Positions 53,790 through 64,000 of a stretch of DNA of 64,000 nt are shown piece after piece. The first letter of the stretch is position 1; each line of letters starts with the position of its first letter. This DNA is from Glaucostegus cemiculus (taxonomy: Eukaryota). The notes under the pieces were generated by a model. The model was given only the letters and a program-made list of their open reading frames with translations, did no database searches and was not told the DNA's origin. The stretch is taken from NCBI GenBank assembly GCA_976551045.1, contig CDPCPM010000465.1, positions 2,480,001-2,544,000 on the forward strand, written 5' to 3'. The position numbers and the translations under genes were made by a program.

Positions 53790-54570
53790 TTTTTGTGATC
53801 TGGGCATGCCAGCATTCATTATACAGCAATTGAGGTGGTGATGGTGAGCTCTCACCTCAGATTTCTGTAGTTCTTGTGCAGATGTAACCACAGTGCTGAT
53901 GGGTAGGGTGTCCCAGGATTTAGTCTCAGCAATGATGAAGGAATGGTGATTTATATTTCCAAGTCAGGATGCACTGTGGTGATGGATTTGGGAGGTTCTG
54001 TTGGAGCGGCCTGGGGAAGTAACTGCAGTGCACTTTGTAGATGGTACGCTGCAACCACTGTGTGCTGATGGTGGAAGAAACAAATGTTTAGGGTGGTGGT
54101 TGTGCTACCAATCAAACAGCCCCCCTGAATGGTCCATCATCCTGCTGATGCGCCTTGTAGATGCGGGAAAAGCCTTGGGGTGATGAGAGATGAGTTACTT
54201 GCTGCCCAGCCTCTGATTTGCTCTTGTGGCCATGGTATTCATGTAGCTGGCTCAATTGAGCTTCTGGTCAGTGGTGACCTCTAAGATATTGATGATGCGG
54301 GAACTGGTGATGGTAATGTTGTTGAATGGTAAGGATTGGTGGTCACACTCTTTCTTGTTGATGGTTATTGCTTGGAATTCCTGTGGGATAAATGTTCCTT
54401 GTCACCTATCTGCCTGTGCTTGAATGTTGTTTAGGTCTTGCTGCATGCAGGCATAGGTTGCTTTATTTGTTGAGGAGTTGCAAGTGGGAATTAATATGAA
54501 TCATTAATGAACACTCCTCCTTCAGACCTTATGGCGGAAGAAGGTCATTGATGAAGACACTGAAGAGCAA
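53790..54570 (-). mobile_element. Old CR1/L2-type LINE fragment
   Basis: Appears to be the same family as 57520-58550 in opposite orientation, sharing 3' motifs; no intact frame. Confidence 0.55.
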
Positions 54571-57519
54571 TATGCCAGAACCATTTTGCAATTGTATTTA
54601 GTTTTAAACTTATCAGAGGTTGAGTTGGTGGATTAATTATTTGTTCTGCTTTTACCTCAGTTTTTTCCAGGTATTTGATGAAAGATCGTGCATGAAATCT
54701 GAAGGGGACGACTCACTTGGTTAGCAATTGTAGACAGGTTTCAGAATGGTCCAGTACACTGTGTCCTATTGATGGCAGGACAACTATTCAGAAAAACATG
54801 AGGGTGTTGCCAGAAGCTGCACTAACTGAGGGGGAAATAGCAGGTTTCTAGGCATGCAAACTCTCAGTCAAGATATTTACTCAGTTACTGTTCATCGATT
54901 ATTTCTGAAGAGTGAGATAAGGTGTAGTAGTTCATTAATTCAAAATCCAAGTTTTGCCCCAAAAACTAAATTTCAAATGTGGTAAATATTTATCTTTAAG
55001 AAGTGGTGACTTGAAATAAGTCCTTGCAAAATAGTCATGTATATGATGTCATTTACTTAAATTTAGCAAAAAAATAGAATTCACTGCATTAAAATATGAA
55101 GAAATAACCAAAGGGACTTGAATCTTGACATTGATTTACTGCCTAAGATGCACACATTCAATGTTGGTCACTGTTTAACTGTTAGTTTTAGTTTACAAAT
55201 AATCCTTTGTTACATTTGTCCCCATAATGATTCTGTAAGTAACATAAATGGTAGGTAAAGATTTTTTTAAGGTGATAATGACATATAGCTTTAAAGCCTA
55301 GGCTGTGTAGTACATAGAAGTACACTGCTTTTTTAAATTGCATATTTCTAGCAGCACATTGTTGTGTAATAAACTGAGAATACAAACTGCTTATGGAAAT
55401 CATGTAACAACACCTTGCATTTGTATAGCACCATTTATGGGGGGAAAATATGACAAAGCATCTCATAGATGTGTAATCAGTAAATATACAACAGGGCTTC
55501 CATGCCGGCAGATCAAAACTAATGCTAAAGTTGTCGCTTATTTTTAAGGAAATACAGTTTGTAATTACCAGAAAAAAACTTTTCTCCCCCAAGCTTTATG
55601 CTTTTGCTACAAAATTGGTGGAGGAAAGTGCTTGCAGTTAGATAGCCGCACTCCCAGGATTTTAGAAGCACTTCATAGTTAATTGCTTTTGAAGTTTAGT
55701 CCATATTATTATGTAGTCAAACTTGGCAGCTGTTTGTCTAAAGCATGAATGACTCTCTTAAAGACCTCTCAACAAATTAATGGAACCTATGATCCGAGAT
55801 ATTGGGAGCTATTTCATTTAGGTATCTCAGCAGGATTCTCCATTACTTGTGCTTGCAAAGAACCTGTTCTTCTTCCCAACCTTCCAAGATGGAGGTAATC
55901 TATAAGTTGATTGGGTCAGAATCTATATTGACCTATGAAGATGGGCTAATGTCCTTGGCATTGTTAGGATAGGTGACCCAATAATTTACTAGGCCATTAG
56001 CCCCAGCTTTGAAACTCTCGTCATAGTCAGAGTGGTGAGTGGGCCACATTGTTGTGTCTGACACTAGACTGGAAAATCAGGTTCATCAGAACAAGTGATT
56101 TCTAGGAGAACAGAGAAAACACATCAAGGATATTCTCAAAGTCTACTTGGAGAAACAAAACACATTTTCACAAACCTGTGGGAATTCTAGCCCATGATTG
56201 TTCAAAATGGAAGAAAGAGCATCTTGGAAAGCATTGAGCATTTAAATGACAACAATGACAACTGTGTACAAACAGAAGCAGGAGCATGAAATATCCCAAA
56301 CAATCCCACACCCATCCCATTAAGCACTACCTGCTCACCTATGGTTTCTGCATTAGCCTCATCAACCTTCTCTGAACCCACAGGTCTGGAGATGAACCAA
56401 CTTGTCTTTGACCCTGAAGGACTGATTAGTATAGTCCTTGCTTTCTTGGAGGAAAGTGAATGTTGGTAACTGTGCAACTCCCACCTGATCTGAAAATGTA
56501 TTGCACACCTTTGTGTTCTTTCCTGTCAAGCTGGATATGGAGTGGAATTTTATAGACTTTGTTTAACTTGGAGCTGTAATAATTTCCATTAAATTTCCTT
56601 CCGTATATTGAAATAGTACTTGGATGAAAAGTAGTGTCTCAGGTAAATTGGATTGTTGAAACTGAATTTGGCAAATCTTCAGAATCAATCAGATTTATTA
56701 TCATTGACATATGAAGTGAAATTTGTTTTTCTGGTCTAGAATTTGTGGCATTAGTGGCTGACCCACTTGGTGTACTTGGCTGGTGCTGATCAAGGTGTTG
56801 GTTCAATAGTTTTGGTGCTATTTACAGTTTGTTTGACAGTGAGTGCCATATGTATTCCTGGTTCAGTGCCATTCTTGAATGGTTGTAATAGAAGTAATTT
56901 CCATTGATTATTTTGAAGAAGATAAGCTTACCTGAGGTTTTTGAATGTGTTATGGTGGAAAATAATCCCCTGCATTAAATTTTCAAAGCTGCACATTGTT
57001 GTACTTTGATGGCATTGGTGCCAGTATATTTGATAATTGATGAGATTTTCCAAAGGGACTTACTGCAGTACTTATTTTCTCCCAATCTGTTGTATGATAT
57101 ATTCATTTGACTTAAAACTTGCATATTTTTAAAAAGTTCACTTTTTTTAAGCATAATTAAGTGCCAAACTGTTAAGGCGAAGGGAATAATTCTGTAGGAT
57201 ATGAAATAGAATACGTTGCAACCTCAGTGTGGCTACCTAACATAACTTTGAAAGTTTTAACCATGTTCTGGAAACTCTAGATGTAGTTGAATTAGGACTC
57301 TTGATCCTGAGGTGGGTTTTCCCACTTGGCTATAATTCTTGCATCATGAAGCTGAAGTATATTTCTAGTGCTGCAAACGTACACTTTCCCAAAGGTCTCA
57401 CTAGATAAGTAACACAGGTAATTTTCTTTTTCAGCTGGTTACTTAACCCACAAGCGCCTACACAAGTTCACCAAATCCTCCTTGCCAATGCTAAATTGGA
57501 TTTTCTCAGGACAATTTGG

Positions 57520-58555
57520 CTCATGTGAATGAAAATGTTGAATTGCAGAGAATTGGCAAGAGTGAGTGCTTGGTGTTAAGGAAGACTTTGGTCTTGTGTG
57601 GCATCAAGGAGCATGAATAAAATTGAAGCCAATGGGAATAATAGGAGAGAACCCTCCCCTGACTGGAGTCATAATCACAATAAAGGATGATGGTTGTGGT
57701 CAGTAAAGGGCCATTTAACTTGGACGGCAGACATTGTTGCAGGAATTTCAGGATCAAGCATCCATTTCAGTAGTCGCTAACCTTCTATCACAACATTGGA
57801 AGAGGAGATGATCACTGATGATTGCAGTGTTCAATTTTAAATGCATCATCTTGGACCATTTAAGCTTTCAATGCCCTTATGCAACAAGGACTTTGTAACA
57901 CTCCAAGCCAGAGTGGCTTATGTCAAGTAGTGACATCCTCTGAAAGAGAGGCTATAACCATTGGCCCTTGACATTCAGTATACTTATTGCAGGCAGACCC
58001 CTGGTTGTCAGTGTTCTCAGGTTTGCTGGGTGGGAATGAGGATTACCATTGACCAGAATTGTAACTGACCCAGTTATATTTACACAGTCAGAATTTACAG
58101 TTGGCTGGATGACTGTAGCTTCACAGTCAAATCAAGGTGCTTGACAAAGTCCAGAAAAAAATAGTCTGCATGATTTGTACCCCTCCACCTGAAGCATTCG
58201 CTTCCTCACTATTGACACTGAGCAGAAACTTCTTTATTAAAAGAAAAGATGTGCTGCTGTAGCTCACCATGGTTCTTTTATTAGTACCTGGCAAACCCTA
58301 ACCTCTACCGTGTAGGAGAAAGGCAGCAGGTGAAGGAGATCACATGGTTTTCAACAATATCACTTATCCAGATTTGCATATTGCTGATTCTGCTTGGTTG
58401 CAGGATCAAAATCCTAGGTCCCTACTTAACAGTGCTGTGGTAGTACCTTCATCATTGGTTCAGGAAGGTGAACATTAGCATCACCTGCCGAAGGGCAAAT
58501 ATGCAAAAGAAATTAATGTTGGTCTTGCCAGCAATGCCCACGTTCAACAAAAGAA
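57520..58555 (+). mobile_element. Old CR1/L2-type LINE fragment (RT remnant to 3' end)
   Basis: 'gtgtggcatcaaggagc...aaattgaagccaatgggaat' (VWHQG...KLKPMG, RT-like) through to a 3' tail 'cttgccagcaatgcccac'. Confidence 0.55.
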
Positions 58556-58920
58556 TATATAAAAAAACTCATCATGGAAATGATTAGTTATCATGGCAAA
58601 AACCAGAGATTAACTTGCAACTTTATAATGTCAGCTTTCAAACCCTGTACTTTTCAACTCAAGGGGAAAGTAAAGATCCTACATTAAATTCTTATCACTG
58701 GATATTTGTTGTTAATCAAATTTGAAGTAACATTAAATGATTCTCTTTGAATACAGCAAGACATTGGGTTTCTCGCTTTTAGTAATGGAAGTGACTGGAA
58801 ATAGAGAGGGTGCTGATTTTCTTTCCATCATTAAAAGTGATTTGGTGTAGGTGTATTACTGAATAAAATCCAGTAGTTCTTAACTTTTTTAATTTTCATT
58901 TTCTTTGTAGATACTTCACC

Positions 58921-59016
58921 ATGATTGATAAAAGCATTTATATCGTGCAAGGTGAAATAAATAGCGTTGTTGGTGCCATAAAACGAAATTCAAGATGGAC
59001 TACACATACTCCATTG
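58921..59016 (+). CDS. gbf1: Golgi brefeldin A-resistant ARF guanine nucleotide exchange factor 1, first coding exon (exon 58911-59016; gene continues beyond the window)
   Basis: MIDKSIYIVQGEINSVVGAIKRNSRWTTHTPL closely matches the GBF1 N-terminus (MVDKNIYIIQGEINIVVGAIKRNARWSTHTPL). Acceptor 'ttttctttgtag|', Kozak accATG, donor 'ttg|gtaaga'; conserved head-to-head synteny with PITX3. Confidence 0.95.
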
Positions 59017-62000
59017 GTAAGATTTTGTGTTATTTTTGCTGTTCTGAAAGCTTACAAAAAGATCATTTGCAGAAAACTGCAATGTGGACTGATTAAAACA
59101 TTTGCGGTAGATTATCTTTGACTCTGATTGTAGGGTTGGCATTAGATTTGTTCATGTCTGCTAGTCATATTCTTGTTATTATTTGTGTCATAATTTTAGG
59201 ATTTCATTGTTAAAAGTTCCTTTTTTCATTACGTAATGTTTAAACAGGATGGTGAGCATTACTGATGTGCTCTCAAGTCATGGGCCTTAGAAAAGTAGAG
59301 ACTATACTTTAGAAGTTACTTTGACTTGCCGTGAATGGGCAATACTTTTGCTAGCTGGGCAGTTTATTCCGACGGTTGCATTTGACATTGAGCTCAAAAG
59401 TTCACTTATTACCTTCTTAGTGGAATGATCCAGTAGGACCTGTTGATTTTTGTTTTCCCCCTAGCACAGTCCCATAAGATCACTGTGCACTATTCTGTGC
59501 TTGGTGAATTCAGTAGTGTAGGTATCAATATCGGGACATGACCAAAGAATTTAAAATCTTTTATTTTCAGCATTCTGCTAACACATACTTTTTAAACTGC
59601 AGAAAAGAACCCAAAACTAGTCATCCATTTGGATTCATTTGCCCTTATTTAAGTTAAGAGCATGACAATTTAAGTTACTTTTGATATATTTATTCTATTT
59701 CCTTAATGACCTTATACTTTGAATTGGTGCTGGGAAGTAGTGAAGAGAATAATTAATGTACTGTAACTGTAATAACATTGCCCAGCTGTGAGCAGCAATT
59801 TGTTTATTTAACAAGTAAAAGAAAAGGCTTCACCAGGGTGGTCCCTCATCTTTTTAAACACAAACTCCCAGTGCCCATCACCTCTCTTTCCCTCCCACCA
59901 CCACTACTGGCACTGTCTCCCATCCTTTTTGAAAAGTACTGATGTCTGGGTTTGTTGCACAGGTGTTGGCCATTATTGGATATTTCATTTAAACAGACCA
60001 TTCATTATGAGCTCAGACAATACGGGCCATGAGAGCTATGACTGAGCCTGTGTGCAGTGACATTCAAACTTGACAGCAGAAACAATTCAACAGAATAGTC
60101 CTTTTTGCTTCTCTCTGGCCCCTGGTGCTATGGCCACTTTTGGTGTTAATAATGTGTTTTAAGATTTTCATGAAAGGGTTTTTCACTTGGTTGAGGGAGA
60201 AAAATCTTTTTTTTTCCTGAGTGCTTGTACATATTTGCTAACTCAGGAGCCAAAATGCTTCATTATTTGCCAATAAACTTTCATTTGACCACAGGTTGAC
60301 ATTTATTCATGAGGATCTGTCTCGGGGAGTATCCCTCCTTATTGACTGGCAATTTTCTTCACTTATATGTCACATTGCTATGTAGTTGTAAGCTGCAAAT
60401 TTTTACTGTGGTTCATGGAGACAACTTAGCCATTACAATGGCAGCACTTGAAGATGCCAAGAGGAGGCTATATGCTTCCAGACTGAAAGGAGGAAACATT
60501 ATTGCAAGTTTTCTAATGGTAATTGTTCCAGAGGGGCATAGGAGTAGTCCTCTACTTTTGTTTGTCTTATCAAATAAGATAAGATTGATCCACTTCACAG
60601 AGATGAGTTTAAGGAAAATGCAGACTGGGAATGCTTGTTATTAAAGGTGAGAATCATTTTGGTTCATTGATTTAATCTGCAAGTGGCCAATAAACTTAAG
60701 TACAGGAGATTCTTGTATTAGAACTGGTTGGAAGCTTTTTATTTTCAACTTCTCGTTTGAGGTCTTTTAATGGAAATCACTAATGTAACTGTAATCAAAA
60801 ATCTTCCTGATAAAGATGTGAACTTTTATCAAAGGTTTTTTGCCTTCCATATTTTTATATTGTTGTTCACTGTAGCTATGTTCATCTGTTTGAGAATTTA
60901 TTCACATACCATCCGTTATGCCTGCCAGAAGGAATGAGCTGTTTTTTAATTAGCCTGGGGAAGATATTGATAGAGATTTCCAATATCTATGATGGTAAAT
61001 GTAAGTTTCTGCATAACTAGACTTCCATAAACTAAAATATCTTTATTAGTTACATGTATATTGAAACACATCTTTTGCATAGCATGTTCTGGGGGCAGCC
61101 CGCAAGGGTCGCCATGCTTCTGGTGATAGGTATTCTTTTTCAAGCAGTTTCTTATCCTAGTTAACTAAAAATGTTTTCCCTGTACATATTACCTGGAAGT
61201 ATTTCCATATGCAGTTATGTTTGATCACATTTGATTTTGATTGCATCTCAATTACTTAGCCTTGAATACTATTTTCCATTGGACATTTTTTTATGTTGAG
61301 CTATGGATCTTACAGTGAAGTACCTGCTACACTGTGATGTCACTGCTGAGCGCAGCTCACTTCTATAGTTTTCTGACTGATGAACAACATGTATTTTTTT
61401 TAATTCCCTCTTCCTTTACCTCAAAAATATTTCCTCTGTAATGTTACATTCTGAGTTTTTTCCTCTTTGCTCCATGTGAGATTGCTGTCTTGTGTGAGCA
61501 AGGTTTCAAGTGGTGTTGCTCCTTCCTGTGTAATAGAGATTGGCCTTTTGCCTGATAACCGCACAAGAATGGTTTTCATCCGATCGGAACCTGCTATACT
61601 GGTTCATCTTAATTTATTTATTCTTCATTTCCTGGGAAGGCATTTGAGGTCAATTGTGGTGTCCTTTTTGTTGCCTTGGGTGACATTAGACATGCCTGAA
61701 TAGGGTGATGATTAAACCTGGTAGAGCCTGGCTACTTGATCTGAGCCTGGCGAGGCCCAATTGGATATTGATTTGGTTCAAATAGAATTTAATAAAAATC
61801 CTTGGGTTCATCAGATCAGGATAACTGGCTCTTTATATATATTTTTAAGAAAAGGTCCAGTACAGTGGGAAAGTGCAGGTTACACTGGAAATGGTTCCTG
61901 TGTGACTTCTCTAGAGTTTGACAGACTGACCTGAGCTGGATGGGATCTGACTGTATGTGACAAATGCAAAAAAAAAATTGATTCCTCTGATTTGGATTGA

Positions 62001-64000
62001 CCACGGTCAGGTTGGGTTTTAATTTTATACCCAGGCAGACCTCAAACCTAGGTTCTTCTAGCTTTTTAAATACTTATGATGTGTATGGCTAAGTGACAAA
62101 TTGTTTAGATACAACAACCATCAACTCTATCATATGTTGTGTTGCTAATTTGCTTTTCACTGTGAAAGTGATTTTAATTGGGTCTCACACATGTTCTTTT
62201 TGGATGGAGACGTGTTATGAAATGAATCAAACAATGCTATCTTTTCTCAGCCAACCTGTCTAGCTCCTTGCTCCTGCCTTCTATTTTTTTACTGCTTTGT
62301 TTTCCGTTTCTTTTGCTGCTGCAGACTGTATTTCTGGGAGAGAGCAAAACAACAAGGCCGTATCAGGTATGTCATAGTAGTTTTACTGTGATGTATCTGC
62401 TGCGTGCTTGTTACTTAACTGAAGCATCAGGTGGGTGCCAGATGTTTTCTGTCAAATTGCTTGTATGTCACATTGTTGTGCTAGTGGCTGCAAGTTGTCA
62501 TGCAATGTCTGCATAATTTGTGGACCAATATGACATTTAGATTTTATTTTCTTGAAAGGTGTGTTGAGCTACCCCGTTAGAACATGTTGACTAATAATAT
62601 GATTGGAATGTGAAAGTTGTGGTTCTTGGGATAAGCAAGTGGCTTCATCAAACTTAAGAATAATAATTGTTCTTGCTAGTTTTCTATCTCTTAAATAATA
62701 GTAACAATCCTGATTGAGCAGTAAATATTAGAATATAACACATTCAATATTTTTCCATCTTTAGAAACACAATCTTGGTGGTAAAGGTGTGATTAGGTTA
62801 ATGTTCATCACAGCTGTGGTTTCATGTTGCAGCTCTCCAAATTCCTGAAAAAATATTGATGTTGAAATATTTAGCTAGATTTTGCAGGGAAATACTGGTC
62901 ATTCCTTGTTGGAACAAATTTCAGGATTTCTGTGCATGTGCACACAAATGCAACAGTCCTAAACGTGTTAGCAGCTCTTTCACAGTCTATCCTGTACCAC
63001 ACTCTGATGTTGGACTCTTTATTGAGTCCTATGGTTGGCTGTAAGCTTGCAGCAATTCCCCAGCAATTATGGACCTTCAGCCAGGTTAGATATGGAGCTG
63101 CAACAGTGACTCCATCAGTGGAGAGAAACAATAAAATGTTTTTTTTAAGTGCATGTGTTAGATTTTTTTGAAATGGGCTTCATCAGTTTTGTTTTCAGTT
63201 TTGATTTTATTTGCAGTAATTTTTGTATGTTTCTGAATGTCTGCAGAACAAGAAGCTGCTCAGCAAAAGTATCAGTGTCACAATCATTCAGAAGTATGCC
63301 AAGCTTTTGACTGCTGATATCTGGATACTCAAACATGTATGACTTAATTGGCCGTTGAAGTTTTTTTTTGAGCAGTGGTTTTAAGGGTGGGGGTTATTCT
63401 TGTTGCCATACATGTCAGTATCTATAAGCACAAGGCCCTGCCAACATGCAGAGCTTCGTTGATGAAAATTAGGACAGCTTTGTTTAGGAAGTTGACAAAG
63501 GATCTGTGAAAGGTAAGTTTTCACTGACCATGTAGGTCAGCAATGAGGCTATTGAAACCAACTTCTTGACCAATATTATGATTTGGGAAGAAAGTTTAGA
63601 TGTCCTTGGGACCACATATACTACTTGGATTTTATAACTTGATTTTTCTGTGGCATTGATGATTTATGTAATAAGTGTTAAATTTGTACTGGTTTTCAAC
63701 ATTTCTAATATGTAGGAACTGGAAGCCATTGAAACCTTTGAACCTGTTCTGTTGTTCAGTGAGGCCATGGTTGAGCTATATTAATTCAATATATCAATTT
63801 CATTGGCTCTATGTCCCATTATATTTGGATAACAACAATTTATTAACCTTAGATTAAAAAAATATTTGAAATCATCTGCGCAATCTTTTGTGTGTGTGAG
63901 TGAGTTGAAATAGATTGGTTAAAATGAGCTTTTAACATAGACAATAATTAATTGTTTAGGTTTTTATCAGATATGGCTCAATTTTGACTAAGCTAATTCA

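Noticed and set aside
59017-64000. Further gbf1 coding exons, such as exon-like signals near 60601-60646 and 63490-63512
   Set aside because: Translations do not match the expected next GBF1 segment (DEERDPLL...), which probably lies beyond the window.

Overview
Vertebrate genomic DNA, most likely a cartilaginous fish (shark or ray), judging by its V-SINE, Deu-domain SINE, CR1, Rex/Babar, RTE and Penelope-like repeats. It is not prokaryotic, so most of the supplied ORF track is noise. The window holds a complete pitx3 coding region on the minus strand: three coding exons at 44431-44557, 37091-37296 and 34760-35323, giving 298 aa with a K50 homeodomain and an OAR domain. Head-to-head with it is the 5' end of gbf1 on the plus strand, with a CpG-island first exon ending at 52039 and a first coding exon at 58911-59016. 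pitx3 lies in a repeat-poor, CpG-retaining domain. Positions 1-25 kb are repeat-rich and contain no host coding exon I can recognise. The most notable candidates are: a near-intact minimal hammerhead ribozyme from a Penelope-like element, in sense orientation inside a putative unannotated spliced transcript downstream of pitx3; fold-back Penelope-derived elements; a possible alternative pitx3 N-terminal or poison exon; and a gbf1 leader with both an in-frame upstream AUG and a uORF whose stop overlaps the main start codon. No database searches were run, and repeat boundaries are approximate.
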